A stretch of DNA of 64,000 nt from a virus (taxonomy: Duplodnaviria; Caudoviricetes), in the IMG/VR virus record IMGVR_UViG_3300022912_000005, positions 1 through 64,000 of that record. The stretch is one strand, 5' to 3'. A program made the position numbers and the translations under genes. Under the pieces are notes generated by a model that did not search any database, was not told the DNA's origin, and saw nothing but the letters and a program-made list of their open reading frames with translations. Shown here in pieces: positions 30,156 through 38,929 of this stretch (position 1 is the first letter of the stretch; the number at the start of each line of letters is the position of its first letter).

Positions 30156-30623
30156 ATGCCAATTGAAAAACCATTTTTTACATCACCAAAAGAAATCTAC
30201 ATGTTTGATTCCATTAATGAGGAACTTATCGATGACATGGTGGGGCAATTTATTGATATTTATAAGATTCTTATTAATGATACAAATACAAATTTATATG
30301 GTGAATCACAAGTTAAATATTATAATAAAGCATTTAGAATAAATTGTCTTATTAAATACGAGGCACCAGAAGTAGATAGTACAGAAGTTGGATCAGATTT
30401 GAATACAAATATTGAAGCACTCTTTCACAGAGAAGCATTATCAAATGCCAACTTCATACCAGAAATTGGTGATATTATAGAATGGAATAATTTTTATTTT
30501 GAAATAGGATCAGTAACAGAACCACAATTGATTGCTGGTCATTATGACTATAAACATCAAATTAAAGTATTGGCACATCGAGTTAGAATAGCGTCATTAC
30601 AAATTGAAGAAAGAACTGAATAA
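30156..30623 (+). CDS. Neck / head-completion protein (T4 gp14-like)
   Basis: NLYGES and PEIGDIIEWNNFYFEI motifs; synteny. Confidence 0.75.
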   Translation: MPIEKPFFTSPKEIYMFDSINEELIDDMVGQFIDIYKILINDTNTNLYGESQVKYYNKAFRINCLIKYEAPEVDSTEVGSDLNTNIEALFHREALSNANFIPEIGDIIEWNNFYFEIGSVTEPQLIAGHYDYKHQIKVLAHRVRIASLQIEERTE

Positions 30624-30627
30624 GAAT

Positions 30628-31254
30628 ATGAAACTTACAGAAACAAAATTAAGAGAGATAATTAAAGAAGAAATTCAAAAGTTAAATGAAGGTGGAGGAC
30701 ATCATTTTAAATATGGGAAAAAGTGGTATGTTGATAGTAGCTTTGTAAATTTTTGTCAACGTATTTTACCAAATTCAGAATTAAAACATATGGGATTTGG
30801 TGAATTTGAATTAGAAACTCCAAATGGCACGGTACAATTCGATAGGACTAATGGTAAAAAATTTACTGGTCAGGTTGGTAGATCACATGAAATGTATGAT
30901 GATGTTAATGGTAAACTTGTTGCAAAGCTCATCAAAGGAATGGAACAGAAAAAGAAATCTGAATTGGTGACAGAAGGATTAGTAATAAAGAAAACCCGAA
31001 TTACAAAATTGAATGACTTAATAATAACAGAACAAGAAGATAATAATAATGCGGTTAATGAAATATTATATGATGAAGTGACAGTTGCATTACGAGTGGC
31101 AAATGAGATGAAAACAAAACTTGAAAAATCCATCAAAGATTTAAGTGGAAATAAAGGTGGTAAAACGAAAGAAATGTTAAAATTCAATAAAAAATACTTA
31201 CATGATATTGAAGTACAAATAAAACAGTTGGAAGCCGCTGATAAATTTAATTAA
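30628..31254 (+). CDS. Leader-family protein, two modules
   Basis: MKLTETKLREIIKEEIQKLNE; internal TKLNDLIITE junction. Confidence 0.8.
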   Translation: MKLTETKLREIIKEEIQKLNEGGGHHFKYGKKWYVDSSFVNFCQRILPNSELKHMGFGEFELETPNGTVQFDRTNGKKFTGQVGRSHEMYDDVNGKLVAKLIKGMEQKKKSELVTEGLVIKKTRITKLNDLIITEQEDNNNAVNEILYDEVTVALRVANEMKTKLEKSIKDLSGNKGGKTKEMLKFNKKYLHDIEVQIKQLEAADKFN

Positions 31255-31262
31255 GAAATAAA

Positions 31263-32096
31263 ATGGCTGTAAAAAATATAACACATAAAAAAACACATAA
31301 CAAATCTAACATTAATAGAGCTGATCAAGTATCCACTAAGAATACAACTAAAGAAATACGTGGACAACAGAATGTAAATGTAAAAGGTGACTATGCAATA
31401 ACATTACAAGATATTGATGAAACTATACTAGGACACATCAATGAAGTCATGGCTATACATGTACCTGAGGCGAACAAAACAGTACCAATACCGACGTTTT
31501 ATAGTGATAGAGAGCGTTGGGTAGAGGCTAGACGTAATGGTGTTTTAAAAGACAAAAATGGTACAATACAACCACCATTTATTACATTTAAAAGAAACAG
31601 CATTGAGAAGAATGATCTATCACCATATGGATATGAACATGATATACATCGAAAATATGGAACAACTGTAGTGAGATCAACATCAAAAGCATTTGATAAT
31701 AGATATACAAGATTCTCACAACTGTATGATGAAAAACCAGTTAAAAAGATGATAGTGACATCAGTTCCAGATTATGTTACAATACCATATGATTTTATGG
31801 TATGGACTGCATATATAGAACAGATGAATATCATACAAGAAGCATTCATTGAACAGAGCAATAAATATTGGGGTTATAACACTGCACATAAATTTTTAAG
31901 TGTAGTAGATAGTATATCTAATGATAACTCAATAAGTGCTGGAGAAGAACGATTAATAAAGTCAACATTTACAGTAACAGTAAATGCATATTTATTGCCT
32001 GAGTATATAAACTCAGATATAACAAAGAAAATTTCGCAAATAAAGTCAAATACAACAACACGAAAAGTTGTGTTTGGTAGTGAAACAGTAATATAA
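31263..32096 (+). CDS. Tail terminator / sheath stabiliser (gp15-like)
   Basis: PDYVTIPYDFMVWTAYIEQMN and FTVTVNAYLLP; synteny before sheath. Confidence 0.65.
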   Translation: MAVKNITHKKTHNKSNINRADQVSTKNTTKEIRGQQNVNVKGDYAITLQDIDETILGHINEVMAIHVPEANKTVPIPTFYSDRERWVEARRNGVLKDKNGTIQPPFITFKRNSIEKNDLSPYGYEHDIHRKYGTTVVRSTSKAFDNRYTRFSQLYDEKPVKKMIVTSVPDYVTIPYDFMVWTAYIEQMNIIQEAFIEQSNKYWGYNTAHKFLSVVDSISNDNSISAGEERLIKSTFTVTVNAYLLPEYINSDITKKISQIKSNTTTRKVVFGSETVI

Positions 32097-32119
32097 ATAA
32101 AATAAAATAAGAGGTCAAC

Positions 32120-32419
32120 ATGCCAAAAAACGAAAAAATAGAAAACACAGAAGTTCAAGAAAACACAAATACAGTTAAAATGAACGAGGTGTACACAACA
32201 AAATTAACAGAATCACTTAATGCAATTCAAAACATAACACTTGCATTAGGTCAACTAGAAGTTCAAAAGTTAGATTTAGACGATAAAAAGAATAAATTAA
32301 CAACAGAACTTATGTTAATAAGGGAAAATCAATCAGCCTTAACACAAGAGATTTTAAATAAATACGGTGAAGGTGAAATAAGATTAGAAACTCAAGAATT
32401 TATTAAAAAAACAAAATAA
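32120..32419 (+). CDS. Small coiled-coil hypothetical protein
   Basis: LGQLEVQK...KYGEGEI; GAGG RBS. Confidence 0.65.
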   Translation: MPKNEKIENTEVQENTNTVKMNEVYTTKLTESLNAIQNITLALGQLEVQKLDLDDKKNKLTTELMLIRENQSALTQEILNKYGEGEIRLETQEFIKKTK

Positions 32420-32444
32420 ATTTATTGTTTAAATGAAGTAACAC

Positions 32445-32453
32445 TATATTTAT
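32445..32453 (+). promoter_or_regulatory. TATATTTAT promoter-like motif upstream of sheath gene
   Basis: Recurrent motif preceded by GAAGT. Confidence 0.6.
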
Positions 32454-32491
32454 TAATATAATGAATTTTTATTCTTAACGGAGAACATAAA

Positions 32492-34288
32492 ATGTCAACA
32501 GAAAAAGTATTATCACCAGGGGTATTTATTAATGAAATCGATAAATCGTACATCCCATCAGCTCCAATTGCTGTTGGTGCGGCTATTATAGGACCTACAG
32601 TAAAAGGACCAGCAATGGTTCCTATCAATGTAAGTTCATATGGCGAATTTGTTCAAATATTCGGTGATACATTCAAAAGTGGTAGTGGATATTACCAATT
32701 TTTAACATCACATACAGCAGAACATTATCTAAAACATAGTGGAAAATTAACGGTAATAAGAACATTGGCTGGTTCATATACAGGGGCAACAGCTAGAGTA
32801 CCAATAAATGGAAGTACAGTGGGAGCCGCCTATCAAAACATAACTAGTGCATCATTTACATTGAATACCATATCAGATGGTGCTATTATGAATAGTAGCT
32901 CATCATTAAAAACTGACAATTTATTGGATTCTGGTTCTGCACATAATATTCAATGGGAAATATCTAACAGAAACAACAGTAAAGGTACATTCTCATTATT
33001 GATTAGAAAAGGTGATGATAGAAATAATAGAAAACAAATTTTAGAATCATGGAGTAATTTAACATTAGACCCAAATTCTAATAACTATATTTCTAAAATA
33101 ATTGGTGATCAAGATGCTACAATTGGTGGTTCTGGAACTACTGATGTTTATTTAACATACACTGGATCATATGCAAATAGTTCTAAATATGTATGGGTAT
33201 CAGGTGTTAAAACTACAATTGATTATTTAGATGAAAATGGTAATGTTAGACTAGCTTCATTATCAGCATCATTGCCAAATGTTGGTAGTGGTTCGTTTGC
33301 AGGTGGAACGAATGGATATTGTGGAACAACAGTTGCACCAGGTGGATTTACATTCACAGCATCATCTAATAATTTCTATGAAAATATTAATTCAACAAAT
33401 ACTCAAGGATTTGATATGGGTACAGGAGATAATGGTAAAACATCATACGAAGATGCTATATATATGTTAGCAAATTCAGATGAATATAATATTAATTTAT
33501 TAATGATACCTGGACTTATTGATGGTGAAGCCAATCATAATGCAGTCGTTACAAAAGCGATTGAAATGGTAGAAGGTAGAGGTGATTGTTTCTTATTGGT
33601 TGATCCTGTTATTCATAATAGTTCAATTACAACTGTAACAACTGAAGCCGCTACTAGAAATAGTAGTTATACTGCTATGTATTGGCCTTGGCTTAAAATT
33701 GCTGATAATGCATTGGGAAAAAATGTCAATGTACCAGCATCAGTAGTTATTCCAGGAGTATTTGCATTCAATGATAAGATTGCTCATCCTTGGTTTGTAC
33801 CAGGTGGACTGAATAGAGGTGGATTAGATGTAGTTGGTATTGAAAGAAAACTACGACAGTCAAATAGAGATGATTTATATGATGCTAATGTTAATCCTAT
33901 TGCATCATTCCCAGGACAAGGGATTTCTGTTTGGGGTCAAAAAACATTACAGAAAAAAGCATCAGCTTTAGATAGAATCAATGTAAGACGATTATTGATA
34001 TTTGTTAAGAAGTTTATTACAAATGTGAGTAGAACAATTGAGTTTGAACCAAATTCAATAGCTACACGAAATAGATTTTTAAATATTGTTAATCCATTCT
34101 TAGAGCAAATCAAAGCTAATGAAGGATTAAATGAGTTTAGAGTAATTATGGATGATACGAACAATCCACCAGAATTACAAGATAGAAACATATTATATGG
34201 TCAAGTGGTATTAAATCCAACACGATCAATTGAATTCATTTTGTTAGATTTCAGTGTTGAACCTACAGGGGCGAATTTTGATTCATAA
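32492..34288 (+). CDS. Tail sheath protein (gp18-like)
   Basis: SPGVFINEID, YWPW, WFVPGGLNRG, VWGQKTL and DRINVRRLL motifs. Confidence 0.96.
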   Translation: MSTEKVLSPGVFINEIDKSYIPSAPIAVGAAIIGPTVKGPAMVPINVSSYGEFVQIFGDTFKSGSGYYQFLTSHTAEHYLKHSGKLTVIRTLAGSYTGATARVPINGSTVGAAYQNITSASFTLNTISDGAIMNSSSSLKTDNLLDSGSAHNIQWEISNRNNSKGTFSLLIRKGDDRNNRKQILESWSNLTLDPNSNNYISKIIGDQDATIGGSGTTDVYLTYTGSYANSSKYVWVSGVKTTIDYLDENGNVRLASLSASLPNVGSGSFAGGTNGYCGTTVAPGGFTFTASSNNFYENINSTNTQGFDMGTGDNGKTSYEDAIYMLANSDEYNINLLMIPGLIDGEANHNAVVTKAIEMVEGRGDCFLLVDPVIHNSSITTVTTEAATRNSSYTAMYWPWLKIADNALGKNVNVPASVVIPGVFAFNDKIAHPWFVPGGLNRGGLDVVGIERKLRQSNRDDLYDANVNPIASFPGQGISVWGQKTLQKKASALDRINVRRLLIFVKKFITNVSRTIEFEPNSIATRNRFLNIVNPFLEQIKANEGLNEFRVIMDDTNNPPELQDRNILYGQVVLNPTRSIEFILLDFSVEPTGANFDS

Positions 34289-34331
34289 TGAATAATAACA
34301 TGAAAATATATAATATAAACGGAGAAAAATA

Positions 34332-34820
34332 ATGGCTGATATATTAAGTGCAAATGAGATGTTTTACACACCATTTGAACCAAAATTACAGAATAGATTT
34401 GTTTTACAAATTGATGGAATACCATCATATTTAGTTAAGGGTGTTGCAAGACCTTCATTTAATTTTGAAGAAGTTGTAATTAATCACATGAATATCAAAC
34501 GATATGTTAAAGGTAAGATTGAATGGCAACCTATTTCAGTTACTTTATATGAAGCAATTGAACCATCAGCAGCCGCATCTGTTATGGATTGGATAAAATT
34601 ACATCATGAATCATCAACTGGTAGAGATGGATACAGTGATTTCTACAAGAAAGATATTTCATTATTGTTGATTGGTCCTCCAGGAGATAAAGTTGAAGAG
34701 TGGACATTCAAAGGTGCATGGATTCAAGATTGTAATTTTGGTGATTTATCATTAGATTCAAGTGATCCAGTAGAAATTGAGATGTCGCTTCGGTACGATT
34801 ATGCGAATTTAACGTATTGA
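34332..34820 (+). CDS. Tail tube protein (gp19-like)
   Basis: EPKLQNRF...WQPISVTLY...EEWTFKGAW...LRYDYA; follows sheath. Confidence 0.9.
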   Translation: MADILSANEMFYTPFEPKLQNRFVLQIDGIPSYLVKGVARPSFNFEEVVINHMNIKRYVKGKIEWQPISVTLYEAIEPSAAASVMDWIKLHHESSTGRDGYSDFYKKDISLLLIGPPGDKVEEWTFKGAWIQDCNFGDLSLDSSDPVEIEMSLRYDYANLTY

Positions 34821-34834
34821 TTAGGAGTTGAACA

Positions 34835-35134
34835 ATGAAATTAACAGAATCAAAACTAAGAGAAATCATCAAAGAAGAAATTCAAAAGTTGAATGAAGGT
34901 GGTGGTAAACAATCTATTGTAGAACTTGAAACAATGAAAGGTAGTATTACTAATCATATATTGAATATGCGTAAAAAAGAGGCAAGTCAACTACAAGGGG
35001 TGATTAAATATTCTTTAAAGGCAATGAAACAATCAGATATAGAAAAATGGGAAAAAGTGGAATATCAAGGGGTGATAAAAGATGCTGAGTTTAGATTGGC
35101 TTGGATTAACAAGGATATTAAACGATTATCGTAA
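34835..35134 (+). CDS. Leader-family protein
   Basis: MKLTESKLREIIKEEIQKLNE. Confidence 0.85.
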   Translation: MKLTESKLREIIKEEIQKLNEGGGKQSIVELETMKGSITNHILNMRKKEASQLQGVIKYSLKAMKQSDIEKWEKVEYQGVIKDAEFRLAWINKDIKRLS

Positions 35135-35162
35135 TCAAAAATTAAATTTCTAGGAGCAAACA

Positions 35163-35501
35163 ATGAAAATTACAAAAACAAAACTAAGAAATATCATCAA
35201 AGAAGAATTATTGAATGAAGCTAAACAAACTGATGCAGGAAAATATTTAGCAGATAGAGACATGGAAGATACTGTTGAAGAGGCGGCTGATGAGTTATTT
35301 GAATTGATTAATTCAGAAGTACTTAAATCTATACAGAAGGTTGTTAATACTGCCACTAAAAAGATACATTCAAAACATAAAATAAATAGATATGACGCTG
35401 TGCAGGTAAATAAGGCTTTTATAAGAAAATTTCATGATAATAAAAAGATTACAGATAAAACTGGTACTGATGTTATAACGAAAATATTTGATTATATTTA
35501 A
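35163..35501 (+). CDS. Leader-family protein
   Basis: MKITKTKLRNIIKEELLNE. Confidence 0.85.
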   Translation: MKITKTKLRNIIKEELLNEAKQTDAGKYLADRDMEDTVEEAADELFELINSEVLKSIQKVVNTATKKIHSKHKINRYDAVQVNKAFIRKFHDNKKITDKTGTDVITKIFDYI

Positions 35502-35514
35502 TAGGAGTTGAACA

Positions 35515-35787
35515 ATGAAACTTACAGAAACAAAACTAAGACAGATCATCAAAGAAGAATTATTGAATGAGGAATATTTCTATAATATTTCGTTTAATTG
35601 GAACAGTATTGTATCGGAATATATGAAATGGGAAAAGGCATCGTTTGATAATTATTCAGAAATGGAAAATGCAAAAAACACTGATGAAGGTTGGAATACA
35701 AAAGATGCAAAAGTTGAAATTCTAGAAGAACTATTATCTGAATTGCAGAAAAAATCAAAACGAAAAGATAAAATTAAAATAAGTTAA
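35515..35787 (+). CDS. Leader-family protein
   Basis: MKLTETKLRQIIKEELLNE. Confidence 0.85.
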   Translation: MKLTETKLRQIIKEELLNEEYFYNISFNWNSIVSEYMKWEKASFDNYSEMENAKNTDEGWNTKDAKVEILEELLSELQKKSKRKDKIKIS

Positions 35788-35803
35788 AATAAAGGGTCAT
35801 AAT

Positions 35804-36352
35804 ATGGCAAGACAAACAAAGAAGAACAAAAAAGCATCAGCTGAAACTAAAGCAACTGATGCACCAAAAACGTTAAAAGATAATATCATTGATGCTAAGA
35901 AAAAAGCACATGAAGAATTAATATCTGATGATTCAAGATCAAAAAAAGATTTATCATTTGTTGATAACCCAAAAACGGATGTAGAGGAGGTAATAACACC
36001 AGAAGCACCAACACATAATTTCGATAATTTTAATATGCATAAATATGAATATACTCATAGCATAACAGGATATCTTAAAGATGTTGATGTTGGTGACGGT
36101 GATTTAATCGGTGCATTCATTAATGATGAAAATCGTGGTTTTGAGACATGGAAGTTATTCCCACCAACTGGTGATAAATTATTTATGATAACTGCATATT
36201 CACATGAATTGTGGTACATGAGAACATTCAAATTTAAATATTACAGTGCTAAAGAAAATAAAGTATATGATCTACGTACTGAAATATTATTAACCAAAGC
36301 TAATATGATAAAAGGTACACCAGAAGTTCCAGTGATATTTGAATTGGATTAG
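35804..36352 (+). CDS. Hypothetical protein with disordered N-terminus and beta-sandwich-like C-terminus
   Basis: GDLIGAFINDENRG...FMITAYS...FKFKYY. Confidence 0.6.
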   Translation: MARQTKKNKKASAETKATDAPKTLKDNIIDAKKKAHEELISDDSRSKKDLSFVDNPKTDVEEVITPEAPTHNFDNFNMHKYEYTHSITGYLKDVDVGDGDLIGAFINDENRGFETWKLFPPTGDKLFMITAYSHELWYMRTFKFKYYSAKENKVYDLRTEILLTKANMIKGTPEVPVIFELD

Positions 36353-36374
36353 ATTAGGTAAATGAGTTAGAACA

Positions 36375-36917
36375 ATGAATTTAAATCAGCAACTTACACC
36401 AAATTTTAAATACTATGAAATGGTCCGAAGTGATACTGCTACCAGATTTGGTATCGATAATATACCAGTAGATGAATATATAGTTAACTTCACTACATTA
36501 TGCAAATGTGTATTAGAGCGTATCAGATCAAATTACAAAAGACCGTGGAATAAACATTATATTAAAGTATTAAGTGGTTATCGGAACAATGCTCTTAATA
36601 TTCGAGTAGGGAGCACGAATACGAAATCACAACACAAGTTTGGTGAGGCTGCTGATTTTAAAGTTAAAGGAATTGATGTAAATGATGTGTTCAAATGGAC
36701 AATATTCAGTGACATTGATTTTGATCAAATAATATCAGAATTTGTATCAGAGGATGGTAGAGAAGGATGGATACACATATCTTATAAACGAAATGGTATT
36801 AATCGAAATAAAGTATCAATAGCCAAAAAGATATTGCCAATGGGTAGTAAGAAGTTAATAACAAAATATTATCACTTTAAGAGAAGTGACATTTTAAAGG
36901 GAAAGATAATACTGTAA
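36375..36917 (+). CDS. Peptidase M15-family (Zn D-Ala-D-Ala-type) endolysin candidate
   Basis: LTPNF, SGYR, SQH..GEAADF and WIHISY motifs. Confidence 0.88.
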   Translation: MNLNQQLTPNFKYYEMVRSDTATRFGIDNIPVDEYIVNFTTLCKCVLERIRSNYKRPWNKHYIKVLSGYRNNALNIRVGSTNTKSQHKFGEAADFKVKGIDVNDVFKWTIFSDIDFDQIISEFVSEDGREGWIHISYKRNGINRNKVSIAKKILPMGSKKLITKYYHFKRSDILKGKIIL

Positions 36918-37009
36918 TGAATTACTATGTATATACATTAAAAGACCCAATAAAATATAAAGAATATGTTGATAGACGAAATGTAACTAGATTTAAAAAG
37001 AAAGTATGA
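36917..37009 (+). pseudogene. Remnant of a GIY-YIG-like endonuclease gene (30 aa)
   Basis: MNYYVYTLKDP resembles the YYVYxLxDP N-terminus of GIY-YIG proteins; the following YVGKG motif is absent; start overlaps peptidase stop. Confidence 0.45.
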
Positions 37010-37014
37010 ATAAT

Positions 37015-37362
37015 ATGAAATTAACAGAATCAAAATTAAGAAAGATCATCAAAGAAGAAATTCAAAAATTGAATGAAGCTAATTCATTTATTAAACTGAA
37101 TTTTAATTCACATAAAAAGCATAACCCTAGTGTTGATATACTTGAGGGTTATATAAACTCAGATGCAAAGATAACATATTATATTAATATAAAGGGTAAA
37201 GATATTGGCAATGAGGGTATGGAGTATTACACTGGACCAAATTATGTAAGTGGAGCATCAGGTAAAAGTTTTTCAAGGCATTTTACAGTAGATAAAATAC
37301 CAAGCAAATATAAAAACATGTGGCTTGAATTGAAAAAAATATATGAAAAGAAATATAAATAA
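37015..37362 (+). CDS. Leader-family protein
   Basis: MKLTESKLRKIIKEEIQKLNE. Confidence 0.85.
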   Translation: MKLTESKLRKIIKEEIQKLNEANSFIKLNFNSHKKHNPSVDILEGYINSDAKITYYINIKGKDIGNEGMEYYTGPNYVSGASGKSFSRHFTVDKIPSKYKNMWLELKKIYEKKYK

Positions 37363-37547
37363 TATTAGAGTTTTATGATTCTACAACAAAGAGTGGATGG
37401 ATTCATATATCTTATAAACGAAATGGTATTAATCGAAATAAGGTGTCCGTAGCCAAAAAGATATTACCAATGGGTAGTAAGAAGTTAATAACAAAATATT
37501 ATCATTTTAAAAGAGGTGATATTTTGAAAGGAAATGTAATAATATGA
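37357..37547 (+). pseudogene. Orphan duplicate of the M15 peptidase 3' end (repeat of 36727-36917)
   Basis: Reads IILEFYDSTTKSGWIHISYKRNGINRNKVSVAKKILPMGSKKLITKYYHFKRGDILKGNVII*, colinear with the peptidase C-terminus; no start codon at its 5' end. Confidence 0.9.
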
Positions 37548-37912
37548 AACTTACAGAATCAAAATTAAGAGAAATCATCAAAGAAGAAATTCAGAAGTTG
37601 AATGAAGGTGCAACACAATTAGGTCAGTTTGTAAATGCTAATAGTGAAGCAAAAATAGAAAAATGGTTTAAGACTATGCAAAAAAAAGATGCTAAACAAT
37701 ATGGTAAAAATCCATATGGTGCTAATTGGACTAGTTTTGATGGAATAGAAATTGTATATGGTAAAACATTTTCAGATTCAAAACAAGACAGAAAAAAAGC
37801 ATTCGATTATATAACGAATAATTCTGAAAAATATGGGCCTGCTTTGGCTGTACGTATAGTATCAAATGGTAAGCCGTTTGGATATGCTATTGGTGGTTGG
37901 GTAGCAGAGTAA
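37544..37912 (+). CDS. Leader-family protein
   Basis: MKLTESKLREIIKEEIQKLNE; ATGA overlap with orphan peptidase tail. Confidence 0.85.
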   Translation: MKLTESKLREIIKEEIQKLNEGATQLGQFVNANSEAKIEKWFKTMQKKDAKQYGKNPYGANWTSFDGIEIVYGKTFSDSKQDRKKAFDYITNNSEKYGPALAVRIVSNGKPFGYAIGGWVAE

Positions 37913-37918
37913 AATATT

Positions 37919-38308
37919 ATGAAACTCAAAACAATATTAGCAGAAAATGTTATCAATGAGACTCTTAATACTGATGGTGTTATAAAGAGAACATTAGTAA
38001 ATCAAATATATAAACAAATTGGCCCAATAACTAAAGGCTTTTTTAGAGACAATGCATGGCAAGGAATTCATAAAGTATTTGATAAATTCTCAACATTAGG
38101 ATTAGATTATAGTATAACAGATTCCTATTATGGTAATCATAAGCACGACAATACAATGCCAATGGAAAGAAAACGTTGGTTCTTTGAGATAGAGCTTACA
38201 AATAAACGAGGTAGACCTGATAAGATAAAAGGTGTAATGACAGCCGCTGGTGCAGGCACACTTGATGATCCATTAGATAAATATGATATAACAGTTGTTA
38301 TGTCGTAA
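37919..38308 (+). CDS. Short-leader protein
   Basis: MKLKTILAENVINE + cargo. Confidence 0.75.
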   Translation: MKLKTILAENVINETLNTDGVIKRTLVNQIYKQIGPITKGFFRDNAWQGIHKVFDKFSTLGLDYSITDSYYGNHKHDNTMPMERKRWFFEIELTNKRGRPDKIKGVMTAAGAGTLDDPLDKYDITVVMS

Positions 38309-38322
38309 GGAGAAATTAGAAT

Positions 38323-38604
38323 ATGAAACTAACAGAATCAAAACTAAGAGAAATTATAAAAGAAGAAATTCAAAAGTTGAAAGAAAACTCAGCATATTTG
38401 CCATTAAAATCTAATCGTTATTTTTATAATAAACGAGATGATAAAACATTAAAAATAGTATCAGTTGATGGTGATGATATAGGTGTACAATATTATGATT
38501 ATAAGACAAAAAAGCCAACTGGAAAACAAGTACATTATAATAAATCTGAAGTAGATTATTGGATTAAAAAAGGTGCATGGTCAGTATACAAACAGAAATT
38601 TTAA
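38323..38604 (+). CDS. Leader-family protein
   Basis: MKLTESKLREIIKEEIQKLKE; AAGGAG RBS. Confidence 0.85.
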   Translation: MKLTESKLREIIKEEIQKLKENSAYLPLKSNRYFYNKRDDKTLKIVSVDGDDIGVQYYDYKTKKPTGKQVHYNKSEVDYWIKKGAWSVYKQKF

Positions 38605-38617
38605 TAGGGGGTATAGT

Positions 38618-38905
38618 ATGAAATTAACAGAATCAAAATTAAGAAAAATCATCAAAGAAGAAATTCAGAAGTTGAATGAAGCTAATAAATTTAGTGTATA
38701 TGTTCAGAAATATACATCATCTAACTATGATGAGTATGATCCTGATAGGGGTAAAACGTTTCCAAAACTTGATTACAAGGAGTTTGAAACTAAACCTGAA
38801 GCAAATAAATATAAACGTCAATTATTGAAAAAGTATAATATGAATAAACACTATAATAATGGAATTAATTTTAAAAAACAACTTGAATTATTCACTAATT
38901 ATTAA
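38618..38905 (+). CDS. Leader-family protein
   Basis: MKLTESKLRKIIKEEIQKLNE; start re-assigned. Confidence 0.85.
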   Translation: MKLTESKLRKIIKEEIQKLNEANKFSVYVQKYTSSNYDEYDPDRGKTFPKLDYKEFETKPEANKYKRQLLKKYNMNKHYNNGINFKKQLELFTNY

Positions 38906-38929
38906 AAAAAAAATAAATAAGAGGTCACA

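Noticed and set aside
36727-37547. Peptidase tail duplication as a DGR TR/VR pair
   Set aside because: Substitutions include C/T and other non-adenine changes, many synonymous; no reverse transcriptase nearby
18666-38905. Leader repeats as a CRISPR array
   Set aside because: Repeats are ~63 bp, degenerate mostly at codon third positions, in frame with start codons, and separated by 200-700 bp ORFs; no cas genes seen
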